Source: an uncultured Acidobacteriota bacterium (GTDB lineage: Bacteria; Acidobacteriota; UBA6911; RPQK01; JAPXNP01). Taken from it: a stretch of DNA of 64,000 nt. Below are positions 29,155 to 39,021 of this stretch, one piece after another. Below the pieces are notes generated by a model, which did not search any database, was not told the origin of the DNA, and saw nothing but the letters and a program-made list of their open reading frames with translations. The position numbers and the translations under genes were made by a program. Location of the stretch: contig CAWGNQ010000005.1 of assembly GCA_963823995.1 (NCBI GenBank), positions 706,510-770,509 on the forward strand. Reading direction: 5' to 3'. Positions within the stretch are counted from its first letter, which is position 1; each line of letters opens with the position of its first letter.

Positions 29155-29348
29155 GGAGAGAGGAGGCAGGAGGCAGGAGACGGGACACAGATGGGAGAAC
29201 GGGAGAACCGGAGGACGGGAGAACCGGACTTGACATCTGCAACGTTCCGGGTTCGACGATTCGGGTCTTCGGGCCGAGTTCTCGAAACCCGAAACCCGTA
29301 ACTCGAGACCATCAGGGTGACAACTTCTGGCCAGGACTTGACACCAAA
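29155..29348. repeat. composite intergenic repeat element E1 (GGGAGAAC tandem core, TTGACA boxes, GAAACCC repeats, cagggtgacaac..ggacttgacacc tail)
   Basis: Shares >100 bp of collinear similarity with 38681-38900; GGGAGAAC-type runs also at 47110-47165, 52440-52520, 52800-52830, 37326-37350. Confidence 0.6.
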
Positions 29349-29377
29349 TCCCCTCCTGTCTCCTGACCCCTGAGCTG

Positions 29378-30526
29378 CTACGGTCCGTCGTTGCTGCCCG
29401 GACTTGACTGAGTTTTGGCCCGAAGCTCCCTCAGCGTCGCATCCTGGTTCTGCTGCTCCGTCCTCAGGCGCTCGACGATCGCCTTGTGACGCTCCGCTTC
29501 TTCCCTTCGGCCCAGCCGAAAACAGAGCGTCGTCAGCATGGCGTGCAGCTCGGCGCTGTCAGGGGCAAGCTCCACGGCCTCTTCCAGGGCCGTGAGCGCC
29601 TTTTCATACTCTCCCATCTGCAGATAGGCCTTTCCGAGCGCAGCGGTTGCGGACGGCGAATGGGGCAGCAAATCGAGCACGTGCTGGATTTGAGGAAGCG
29701 CCTGTTCCGGCCTGCGTCGTCTCAGCTGTTCGTAGGCGATCTGGAGAATCGAGGCGACATGATCCGGCGAAACATCGAGCTCCTTACGAAACTCCTTCAG
29801 TGCCGCGTCGCTGTCCGATTTCAGCAGAAAGACGCCGTAGGCGTAGTGGACATTCGGGAAGGAAGGATAAAGTTGGACCAGCTCCTGATATTCCCGCGCG
29901 GCATCGTCCTGTCTGCCCAGCCAGTTGTAGACTGCCGCCTGCCCCGCAAGCTGCACCGCCTTCGCCTGACCTGGATCGAGTTCGGCCGGGAGCTTCGGCA
30001 GCCGGAGCAGGCAGATACCCAGGGCCTCCATGACCTTGGGATTGTCCGGATCCTCGCCTGCCAGAAGCAGCAGCAGCCGATACGCCTCGTCGAAGCGCTC
30101 GAACCGGGTCAGCAGCGTTGCCTCACGAAACGATGTGAGGAAGACGAGTTCCTTGTTGGCCCCGAGTCCGAGTCGATCGGCCTGCTGCAGATTCTCGAGA
30201 GCCCGCTCATAGGAATGGAGCTCGTACTCGACGAGTCCCAGAAACCCCCACCCTACACCGATCTCCGGGTGAAGCCCGACGAGCTTCACGAATGCCTGTT
30301 TGGCTTTGGGGTACTCTTCCAGATCGTATCGAAGCGCACCCAGGGACCACCAGCCGTCGGCCCAGTCGGGCTTCGATGCAAGTGCCTGCTCGTACAAATC
30401 GGCCGCCCGGGCCAGCTGCCCCGATTCCCGAGCCGTGCGTGCCCGGTTCGCGAGATCCTCGAAGGAGGGCTGGCCGAGGAGCTCTCCGCTCAACACAACG
30501 AGCAGGACCGCAATGGAGAGAATCAT
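29378..30526 (-). CDS. secreted TPR-repeat protein, paralog family A (copy 4)
   Basis: GWWSLG, HYAYG; C-terminal HKAIVERLRTEQQ. ATG 30526 (MILSIAVLLVV) favoured over GTG 30577. Confidence 0.8.
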   Translation of the reverse strand: MILSIAVLLVVLSGELLGQPSFEDLANRARTARESGQLARAADLYEQALASKPDWADGWWSLGALRYDLEEYPKAKQAFVKLVGLHPEIGVGWGFLGLVEYELHSYERALENLQQADRLGLGANKELVFLTSFREATLLTRFERFDEAYRLLLLLAGEDPDNPKVMEALGICLLRLPKLPAELDPGQAKAVQLAGQAAVYNWLGRQDDAAREYQELVQLYPSFPNVHYAYGVFLLKSDSDAALKEFRKELDVSPDHVASILQIAYEQLRRRRPEQALPQIQHVLDLLPHSPSATAALGKAYLQMGEYEKALTALEEAVELAPDSAELHAMLTTLCFRLGRREEAERHKAIVERLRTEQQNQDATLRELRAKTQSSPGSNDGP

Positions 30527-30573
30527 GGTCCGTGCCCCCCGAGAGCCGGGGCCCACACTCCGACCGGAGATGT

Positions 30574-31776
30574 TCACTGCTGCGGTGCCCTGGTTCCGTC
30601 GGTCGGTCCCGAAGCCGACTCGGCCGGCATGTCCTTGGGCGTCGCCGCGTCCCGCTCCGCCCGCAAACGCTCGACGATCGCCCGATGACGCTTGGCGTCC
30701 TCCTTGCGTCCCAACCGGTAGTATAGGGTCGTCAGGGCCGCGTGACCTTCCATGTAGTCGGGCACATCCTTGACCACGGATTCAAGGATCTTCAGGGCCT
30801 GCTGCAGATCTCCCTTCAACAGGTAGACCAGTCCGAGATGGTAGCGCGCATCCGGAGATCCGGGGCGCACCCCGAGCGCCCGTTCGAACAGAGCCTGAGC
30901 TTCGTCGTACTTCTGTTCGGTCTTGTAGAGGTAAATGCCGAGATACAGATTGGCGTCGAAATCATACGGATTGACCTTGAGTTCCCTGCGAAAATAGACC
31001 GCTGCGTCGTCGATCCGACTCATCTCGCGCAGCGCGATTCCGTACAGGCCGTTTGCCGAAGGACATTCGGGATCGAGCTTCAGGGCCTTCTCGAATTCTT
31101 TGGCCGCGGATGGATAGTCCTTGACGAGAAGCTGAGCGGTACCCAGAACCAGATGCCCTTCGACCGATTCCCCCTGATTGAAGATGCGATCGACCATCTT
31201 CTGACCGCGTAACGTCTGCCCATCGTAGATCAACGATGTTCCAAGCAGATAGATCAGAGCTTTATCGTCGGCATCCGTCTTCTCGAAAGGCTCCAGCACC
31301 TCGATGACTTTGCGATACTGACCCGCCCGGAAATAGCAGTCGCCGAGCAACAGCGCCGCCTGCAGCATCTGCGGTGACGACTCGAGCAGCGTTTCGAATT
31401 CCTGGCCGGCTTCCCGAAACCGAGCTGCCTTGTAATAAGCCAGACCCAGGTTCAGCCGCACCGCCTGCGGATTTTCCGCCGTGCCAAGACTGAGCGCCTT
31501 CTTGTAGTGCTCCAGCCCCTTTTCGATGTTCCCGACGCTGACGTACGCAGCACCCAGATTCGTATGGACGTCGGCAACGTCCGGGTAGCGGGCCAGGAAC
31601 GCTTCATACTCGGCGATGGCCTCCTTGTACCGGCCTTGCTGGTGAAGCTTGATGGCCTGGGCGATCCAGGCATGGGGATCCCTCTCGCCACCCTGAGGCG
31701 AGGCCGACGCAAAAACCGTCGACAGGCACAAGATCAAAGTCCACCGCAGGAGTGCCATTCGATTGAATCTTAGCAT
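30574..31776 (-). CDS. secreted TPR-repeat protein, paralog family B (copy 1)
   Basis: Signal peptide; NLGAAYVSVGN, LNLGLAYYKA; C-terminal GHAALTTLYYRLGRKEDAKRHRAIVERLRAERDA. Confidence 0.8.
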   Translation of the reverse strand: MLRFNRMALLRWTLILCLSTVFASASPQGGERDPHAWIAQAIKLHQQGRYKEAIAEYEAFLARYPDVADVHTNLGAAYVSVGNIEKGLEHYKKALSLGTAENPQAVRLNLGLAYYKAARFREAGQEFETLLESSPQMLQAALLLGDCYFRAGQYRKVIEVLEPFEKTDADDKALIYLLGTSLIYDGQTLRGQKMVDRIFNQGESVEGHLVLGTAQLLVKDYPSAAKEFEKALKLDPECPSANGLYGIALREMSRIDDAAVYFRRELKVNPYDFDANLYLGIYLYKTEQKYDEAQALFERALGVRPGSPDARYHLGLVYLLKGDLQQALKILESVVKDVPDYMEGHAALTTLYYRLGRKEDAKRHRAIVERLRAERDAATPKDMPAESASGPTDGTRAPQQ

Positions 31777-31960
31777 AAGGTCAAATCCAGAAAAGACGAC
31801 GCCGCGAGCTCCTTGCCGAGGCAGCTTGCAGGGCCGGAGTCTCCGGTTTGACTGGCCTCGATGGAGGGTCTACTATCGCCTCAGTCCGGCATCGGAACCT
31901 GCAAAAGTATAAGGCGGGCCCGTTCGGATTCGGACCCTCAAACACAGTCGAGGTATCACC

Positions 31961-33961
31961 ATGGTGACGAAACGGAAGCTCTTTCATCCCCTCTGGATTC
32001 TGTTCGTGTTGGGCGGCTGCAGCCTGGCTCCGGATGCGTCCAACCCGCGCGTCGTCCTCGAACGGGATTACCCGGTTCGCCCGGTTCCCTTTACAGCCGT
32101 TCATCTCGATGACGCATTCTGGGCCCCTCGCATCGAGATCAACCGGACGGTGACGATTCCCTATGCCTTTCAGAAGTGCGAGGAGACCGGCCGGATCGAG
32201 AACTTCGTTCGAGCCGCCCAGGCGCTGCACCACGACCCGGCCCTCGAGGACCGCGAAGTCCGAGGGTACCCCTTCGACGATACCGACGTTTACAAGGTCA
32301 TCGAAGGAGCTTCCTTTGGCCTGAGCGTGCATCCCGACCCTGCCATGGATCGGTATCTCGATGGTGTGATCGCCAAGATCGCTGCAGCCCAGGAGCCCGA
32401 TGGGTACCTCTACACGGCCCGCACCATCAATCCGGAGCACCCGCACGAATGGGCCGGCCCCAAGCGCTGGGTCAACGTTTCGAAGTTGAGTCACGAACTC
32501 TACAACATGGGACACCTCTACGAAGCGGCCGTGGCTCACTATCAGGCCACGGGCAAACGGACCCTGCTCGACGTGGCCCTGAAGAACGCCGATCTTCTGT
32601 GTACGGTATTCGGGCCCGGCAAGAACGAGGATTATCCCGGCCATCAGATCATCGAGATGGGGCTCGTGAAGCTCTATCGAGTCACCGGCAGGGAGAAGTA
32701 CCTCGATCTGGCGAAGTTCTTCCTCGACACCCGTGGCCCAGGTGGCGATCCCTACAATCAGGCGGATAAGAAGGTGGTCGATCAGTCCGAGGCGGTGGGA
32801 CATGCTGTCCGAGCCACCTATATGTACTCCGGCATGGCGGATGTGGCCGCGCTGACCGGAAACGCAGCCTATGTGGCCGCGCTGAGTCGTATCTGGGGCG
32901 ACGTGGTCGGCAGAAAGCTCTACGTTACCGGCGGAATCGGTGCACTGCACAAGGGCGAGGCCTTTGCAGAAGCGTACGAGCTTCCCAATATGAGCGCCTA
33001 CTGCGAGACTTGTGCCGCCGTCGGCAACGTCTTCTGGAACGAGCGTCTGTTCCTGCTGGAGCCCGACGCGAAATATGTCGACACGCTGGAACAGACACTC
33101 TACAACGGTCTGATCTCCGGTGTTTCGCTCGACGGAAAATCATTCTTCTATCCTAATCCGCTGGAATCGAAGGGGGACTACGCCCGCAGTCCCTGGTTCG
33201 GGTGCGCCTGCTGCCCGGGCAACATCACCCGTTTCGTGGCCTCGGTCCCCGGCTACCAGTATGGCGTCCGAGACCAGTCGGTTTACGTGAACCTCTATGC
33301 CGGGGGCACGGGACAGCTGACAGTCGGAGACCAGCCCGTCCAGATCGTCCAGGAAACCCGCTACCCCTGGGAGGGCAAAGTGCGACTGACGGTCGACCCG
33401 GGTGCGAGCCGCGAACTCTCGATTCGGCTGCGCATACCCGGCTGGGCGCGGAACGAAGCCAACCCCGACGGACTCTATCAATTCAAGGAAACGGTCGAAG
33501 CCTCCCCGGGCATCACGGTCAACGGCGAACCGGTCGAAGCCCCGATGGAAAAGGGATATGCCGTAATTGACCGCAGTTGGAGCAACGGCGACACGATCGA
33601 ACTCGACCTGCCCATGCCAGTCCGTCGCGTCGTCGCCGACGAACGCGTGGAAGCGGATCGAGGAAGAGTCGCTCTGCAGCGCGGACCGATCGTCTACTGC
33701 CTCGAAGGTCCGGACAATGCCGAGGGTCACGTCCGCAACCTGTACATCGAGGAAGAGTCGAAGCTTGACAGCGGTTTCCAACCCGATCTGCTGGGCGGAG
33801 TGGGGACCATCTCGGGTCCTGCCGTCGCAGTCTCGGAAAATGGAAAGACGCATGCCCAGAGCTTTGTGGCGATTCCCTACTACGCCTGGGCCAACCGCGG
33901 CCCGTCCGAGATGATCGTCTGGGTGGCCCGCGACGCCGAGCACGTCAGTCAGCCGGAGTAA
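31961..33961 (+). CDS. glycoside hydrolase family 127 (beta-L-arabinofuranosidase-like, DUF1680), lipoprotein
   Basis: Lipobox LGGCSL; conserved Cys ligands CETCAAVGNVFW and GCACCPGNITR typical of GH127; RBS gaggt. Confidence 0.8.
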   Translation: MVTKRKLFHPLWILFVLGGCSLAPDASNPRVVLERDYPVRPVPFTAVHLDDAFWAPRIEINRTVTIPYAFQKCEETGRIENFVRAAQALHHDPALEDREVRGYPFDDTDVYKVIEGASFGLSVHPDPAMDRYLDGVIAKIAAAQEPDGYLYTARTINPEHPHEWAGPKRWVNVSKLSHELYNMGHLYEAAVAHYQATGKRTLLDVALKNADLLCTVFGPGKNEDYPGHQIIEMGLVKLYRVTGREKYLDLAKFFLDTRGPGGDPYNQADKKVVDQSEAVGHAVRATYMYSGMADVAALTGNAAYVAALSRIWGDVVGRKLYVTGGIGALHKGEAFAEAYELPNMSAYCETCAAVGNVFWNERLFLLEPDAKYVDTLEQTLYNGLISGVSLDGKSFFYPNPLESKGDYARSPWFGCACCPGNITRFVASVPGYQYGVRDQSVYVNLYAGGTGQLTVGDQPVQIVQETRYPWEGKVRLTVDPGASRELSIRLRIPGWARNEANPDGLYQFKETVEASPGITVNGEPVEAPMEKGYAVIDRSWSNGDTIELDLPMPVRRVVADERVEADRGRVALQRGPIVYCLEGPDNAEGHVRNLYIEEESKLDSGFQPDLLGGVGTISGPAVAVSENGKTHAQSFVAIPYYAWANRGPSEMIVWVARDAEHVSQPE

Positions 33962-33996
33962 GGACTGATCGCGCTTGCACTTGAACCCCCAACCCG

Positions 33997-35193
33997 TCAG
34001 GGTCGTCCGTCCGGCTCGGCGGGCGCGCCGCCTTTGCTGCCTCCGAAGAGGGTTCGTCGGACCTTGGGCGTCTTGGCGTCCCGCTCTGCCGTCAATCGGA
34101 TCACAGCCTGGCGTTCGCGATCGGCCGCTTCGGGCATCTTCAACCGAAAATAGACCTGAGCCAGAGCGGAGTGCGCCTCGATGAAGTCCGGCACCTGGGC
34201 GATCAGGTCTTCCAAGACAGACCGGGCATCTTCCGTCTCGCCCGACAGAATTTGGACATCGGCCAGCTGGTATTTGGCCTCGGCCGACTGCGGGCGAAGC
34301 CGAAGAGCGTTTTCGAGCAGCTTCCGGGCTCGGGCGTATTCCTGATCGTCCTTCACCAGAGTCCCCAGGGCGTAGTTGGCTTCGAAGTCGTTGGGGTTGA
34401 TCTCGAGCTCCTGCTCGAAGGCCTCCTTCGCCTGCGCCACCTTGCGGTTCTGGAGCAGCGCCCGTCCGAGCATGGAGTGGCTGCCCGGCAAAGTCGGATT
34501 GATCGCGATCGCCTTTCGGATCTCCGTCGCGGCATCCTCGAACTTTCCGGCCACCATGTTGGCGGCACTCAACATGAGATGGGCCGGCGCGGAATTCGGC
34601 TGCCGCATGACGACGTCGAGATACATCTGCCCTTCGACGTCGTGTCCTTCCCGAAGCAAAGCCGTCCCGAGGAGGTAGGCGAAAGCCGGATCATTCCTCG
34701 ACTGGCTTTCGAGCGGCGTGAGCAGTTCGATGACCTTGCCGTTGTCGCCGAGCTGGAAGTAGATGTCGGCCGACAGCAGCCTGGCGCGCGCATTGTCCGG
34801 CTCCTGGGCGATGACCTCGGTGAATTCGCCGAGCGCGCGCTGCAAATCGGCCGTCTTGTAGTAAGCCAGCCCGAGATTGAAGCGAACTGCCAGATTCGTC
34901 GCACCGAGGTTGATCGCGCTGCGATAGGTCTCGATGGCCTTTTCGTAGTCGCCCAGGCCCGCATAGGCCGCGCCCAGGTTCGAAAGCAGGTCGGGGCTTT
35001 CGTAGCCCGCGTCGATCAGCTTCTGATAATTGGCGACGGCTCCCTCCAGATCGCCCGCCTGATGGAGTTGCACCGCCTTCTGGAGGATCTCGTCGGGGGA
35101 ATCTCCGCTCTGTGCGAAGAGGCCGGGACAAACAGCGACGAGCCAACTCAACATGATCATCAAGGGGAGGGCTCGAACCGATCGCGAGAACAT
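33997..35193 (-). CDS. secreted TPR-repeat protein, paralog family B (copy 2)
   Basis: Collinear with the 30574-31776 product (NLGAAYAGLGD, FNLGLAYYKT, HSALAQVYFRLKMPEAADRERQAVIRLTAERDA). Confidence 0.8.
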   Translation of the reverse strand: MFSRSVRALPLMIMLSWLVAVCPGLFAQSGDSPDEILQKAVQLHQAGDLEGAVANYQKLIDAGYESPDLLSNLGAAYAGLGDYEKAIETYRSAINLGATNLAVRFNLGLAYYKTADLQRALGEFTEVIAQEPDNARARLLSADIYFQLGDNGKVIELLTPLESQSRNDPAFAYLLGTALLREGHDVEGQMYLDVVMRQPNSAPAHLMLSAANMVAGKFEDAATEIRKAIAINPTLPGSHSMLGRALLQNRKVAQAKEAFEQELEINPNDFEANYALGTLVKDDQEYARARKLLENALRLRPQSAEAKYQLADVQILSGETEDARSVLEDLIAQVPDFIEAHSALAQVYFRLKMPEAADRERQAVIRLTAERDAKTPKVRRTLFGGSKGGAPAEPDGRP

Positions 35194-35762
35194 AGACGCT
35201 TCCTTACTTCTCCTCGTCCGCGAACATTATAGGCTTTGGCCGGATCGGGTACCAGCCGGGCAGGATGTACGATTGACGATCGCCGATTCTCGGTTGCCGA
35301 CGCGCAATCATGGTTGGATCGATCGGGCGGTTTTGCGACTTTCCGTGAGAATCGCAGTAAGCTCATCCGCCTCCCGGGGCAGTTCCATTGACAGTTCGGA
35401 GCTGTAGCCAGGATCTTGAAGCGCAATCGCAAATCGAGAATCGAAGGGCGTGTTGCCCAAATGACCCCGGTCGCCCGCGGACCTGTCCGGTCCATGAACG
35501 GGACCTCAGCGGTTCGACCCCACGCGGCGGACGCAGCGCACGCAACGGGGCCTTTCGGGTTCGGAGCCCGTGGCGGTCGTTGCGGACGCTGCGTGGAATC
35601 GGTTCTGCACGTTTCCCCGAGATGGCCGCAAGCTCGGGGGGCTCGAAAAGATTTCGGCAACACGCCCCGAAAATCTCAAATCTCCGGGGCCTGCTAGAAT
35701 AGTGCCTTCCGCCATGAGTGGTCGAACAAGCGCCCCTGACCCGGTTCCAGTCTGGAGTTGAA

Positions 35763-37308
35763 ATGTCCATTCGAGCCGCCGCCATCCGGACCCTCCTCGT
35801 CGTACTGCCGACTCTGGCAGCTTTCACCACCATCTATCTCGCCCGACCGGAGAGCCAGGCACAGGACAAGCAGGGCCTCGAGGCCCAGATCAAGGAGGCC
35901 TGTTCTCAGTGCCACAAATTTCCCCCGCCCGACATCAAGGCGAAATCGGAGTGGAGGGACTGGATCAACTCGATGTTCCATCTGGCCAATCTCGAGCTGC
36001 TCGGAAAGTACGGCCGACCGATCTGGGGCCTCGATCCACCCGACGTTATCGATTACTACGAAGCGCGGGCGCCCGAGTCGTTGCCGGAGCCACCCTGGGG
36101 TCCGGCAGAGATGAGTGATCGCGTTAAGTTCGACCGTCGCTCGCTACCCGGAGGTCAGACGGTCGTCGAGCGTCCTGGTGGGGCCAACGTTCAGCTTTGG
36201 GACATATTCGACGACGTTCCGGGTCCGGAGTTGATCATTTGCGACATGCTTTCGGGCTGGGTCACCTGGACGGATCCGGATGATCCCAAGGTTGGACTCC
36301 AGCCGATCATGCAACTCAGAAACCCCTGCCACTCCGAGATGCTCGATCTCGACCAGGACGGCAAGCAGGATCTTCTGATTGCCGAGTTGGGTGATCCGCT
36401 GCCGAGTGACGCCGAATTTGGGGCTGTTGCGCTGTTACGACAGACATCGGGACATTCCTTCGAGCTCGTGCGTCTGCTCGAGAACATCGGCCGGGTGGCG
36501 GATGTTCGCGCCGCGGACTTCGATGGAGACGGGGACCTCGATGTCGTCGTGGGCGAGTTCGGCTGGCGCAAGCTGGGCTCGATCCGCTACCTGGAAAACG
36601 TGTCGACGAAGCCCTCGGAGCTGCGCTTCAAGGAGTCGCAGCTCGACCCCCGCCACGGAACGATCCACGTGCCCATCGTCGATCTCAACAACGACGGACA
36701 TCCCGACATTCTGGCGCTCATTTCCCAGGAGTTCGAGCTGGTCGCCGCCTTTATCAACAAGGGGTGACGGAACGTTCGACGTAGAGGAGGTCTACGCTGC
36801 GCCCCATCCCAACTGGGGGTCCAGCGGCATCGAACCGATCGATTTCGACGGGGACGGGGACATGGACATCCTGATGAGTAACGGGGATTCGCTCGATGAT
36901 ATGAAGATCAAGACCCATCATGGAATCGAGTGGCTCGAAAACAAGGGCACCTTTCCGTTTACCTACCATCGGATCGCCACCTATTACGGTGTGCATCGAG
37001 CTGAAGCCGGAGACCTGGATAACGACGGAGACCTGGACATCGTGGCCTGTGCCTTCCTGCCCGACCTTCCGGATGAGCGGAGACGAAAGCTCCAGCTTCC
37101 GGGCATCATCTGGCTGGAACAGACCTCCAAGGGAACGTTCGTCAAGCACCCGTTCGTCGACATCCGCTGCGACTTTCCAACCCTCGATCTGGGCGATATG
37201 AACGGCGACGGCCTGCTGGACGTCATGGTGGCCAACCTCATGGGAACGGCGGGTCCCGACGGCAAAGAGCCGGCGCTGGTCGACATCTTCCAGCAGGTCA
37301 GGAAGTGA
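35763..37308 (+). CDS. FG-GAP repeat beta-propeller protein with N-terminal CxxCH (heme c-like) module; single frameshift at 36761-36767
   Basis: RBS ggag before ATG 35763; CSQCHKFPPP; repeated DFDGDGDLDVV / DLDNDGDLDIV / DMNGDGLLDV FG-GAP Ca-binding loops. Frame 0 ends AAFINKG* at a G4 run and frame 1 continues DGTFDVEEVY... Confidence 0.75.
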
Positions 37309-37409
37309 CGGAAATTTCCGATTTTCGATCTGGGAGACGGGAGAGCGGGAGCGCAAGTGGGACATGCGTCCTCGCTTGTCTTCGACTGCGGCCGCAACCT
37401 TTGGAGGCG

Positions 37410-37573
37410 GCGGGAACAACGCCCGTGAGATCACGGCCCTTGCCGGAGACAAGCACGGATGCTTATCCCACTCCCGCGGCCTCACTGTCCGATCTTTCGG
37501 AACTCAGCGGGAACAACGCCCGTGAGATCACGGCCCCTGCCGGAGACAAGCAGGGATGCTTATCCCACTCCCT
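37410..37573. repeat. two copies of a 66-bp direct repeat, each with a perfect 14-bp palindrome ccgtgagatcacgg
   Basis: 37410-37475 and 37508-37573, 2 mismatches; in convergent intergenic region. Confidence 0.8.
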
Positions 37574-37598
37574 TTCCGGTTTCAGACTCTTTTAGTAT

Positions 37599-38648
37599 TC
37601 AGTCTCCCGTCTCCGGCACCCCTTCCTCCAGCCCCGCCTTGACGAGGTCGAGCAGGTAGATACCCGAGCCGGTTCCGGGCGCAGAGTGTGCCGCCGATTC
37701 CTGAAAAGCAATATAACGGCCGTCGTCGCGCACGACACCGTTGGAGGCCCGAAACCCCGGCACATCCGAAAAATGGGTCAGGCGCTGGTAGTGTTCGCCT
37801 GTTCCATCCAGCTTGAGCCGGTAGAGATCGATGAACGCGTTGCCCTTCGGGTGGTGATGGTCGCATTCCACCAGCGTGTACTCTCCACTCGGGAAAATCC
37901 CTTCGGGCTCATCGTATTGGTTGGGCGCTTTGGAGTAATTGGTGATCTCGCCCGACTCCAGGTCGTACCCCATGACCTCCGCCGTGAAAATTCCGTCTTC
38001 GGTCGTACCGTACTGCGCCCAGATCAGCTCCTTGTCGTCGGGTGGACGGAAATTCTGCGGCTCGATCATGCCTTCGTATTTCACGCCGTCCACGACGACA
38101 TTCCGGTTGTCGATGAGCAGCCGTCCGCGGGCCAGGAAGGGTTCACCGTGACGATAGACGATGTCGGCCATCCAGATCTGTTCCTGCCTGGGTCCGGTGA
38201 ATGCAATTTTCAGGCTCTTGCGGGAGACCGCCGGCCCCTCCCCGATGATGACCTCGTCGAAGACCTTGGGAGGCTTCGTCCGGCGGCGATCCATGATCTG
38301 GAGGTGGGCCTCATGTCGACTCGGTCCCCCCGTCAACAGATAATCCCCGTTGGAGAGGTAGAGGGCGCGATAGTAGCCCCAGTCCTTGGGTCGTTCGTAG
38401 TGGAGCGTCACCGGACTGATCTGTTTCGTCTCGATGTCGATCTCCATCACATCTCCGCCGGCGCGGGTCACGAACATGACCTTCTTGCCGTCGAGTGACC
38501 ATTCGGCCCGCTCGCCGTAGTCGGTCAACCGCGTGATGTAGGGCGGGAGCTTGTCCCGGGGAAACGACTGGCCCGAAAGGCAGGTCGGCAGGAACAGGAT
38601 CAGCGCAACAAGGACGGCCGGGACGGTTCTCTTCACGTACCTTTCCAT
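37599..38648 (-). CDS. secreted beta-propeller (PD40/TolB-like) hypothetical protein
   Basis: Signal peptide MERYVKRTVPAVLVALILFLPTCLSG; repetitive beta-strand pattern; no catalytic motif recognised. Confidence 0.55.
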   Translation of the reverse strand: MERYVKRTVPAVLVALILFLPTCLSGQSFPRDKLPPYITRLTDYGERAEWSLDGKKVMFVTRAGGDVMEIDIETKQISPVTLHYERPKDWGYYRALYLSNGDYLLTGGPSRHEAHLQIMDRRRTKPPKVFDEVIIGEGPAVSRKSLKIAFTGPRQEQIWMADIVYRHGEPFLARGRLLIDNRNVVVDGVKYEGMIEPQNFRPPDDKELIWAQYGTTEDGIFTAEVMGYDLESGEITNYSKAPNQYDEPEGIFPSGEYTLVECDHHHPKGNAFIDLYRLKLDGTGEHYQRLTHFSDVPGFRASNGVVRDDGRYIAFQESAAHSAPGTGSGIYLLDLVKAGLEEGVPETGD

Positions 38649-38680
38649 TCGGACACGAAGTTAACACGATTGATATGCGA

Positions 38681-38900
38681 CGGGAAACGGGAGTCGGGAA
38701 ACGGAATCCGGGAGCGTCTGGAAGCGCGAGGCGGAGAACGGGAGAACCGGAGGACGGGAGAACGGGAGGACTACGGAGCGAGCATCAGAGCCGGAACGAA
38801 GTGAGGGACCTACGGGTTTCGGGTCGCCGGGTTTCGAGGAACCAGAAACCAGGAACCGAAACCCTCAGGGTGACAACCTCTGACCGGGACTTGACACCCG
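38681..38900. repeat. composite intergenic repeat element E2 (GGGAAAC/GGGAGAAC core + solo MITE arm + GAAACC repeats + cagggtgacaac..ggacttgacacc tail)
   Basis: Collinear with E1; contains catcagagccggaacgaagtgagggacc (38784-38811), identical to the MITE left arm. Confidence 0.6.
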
Positions 38901-39021
38901 GCGCCGCCTTGACTCACCCACCCTACCGCACTAGTATCGCTGCGTTCGATGGCGACCTCGGCTGTTCCAGGAGTCTCCCGCGCGGCAGGCCTTCAGGTCA
39001 TCCAAATGCGAGGAATTGGTG

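Noticed and set aside
35440-35525. GGTTCGACCCC-containing stretch considered as a tRNA 3' half
   Set aside because: No complementary T-stem, acceptor stem or anticodon arm could be formed.
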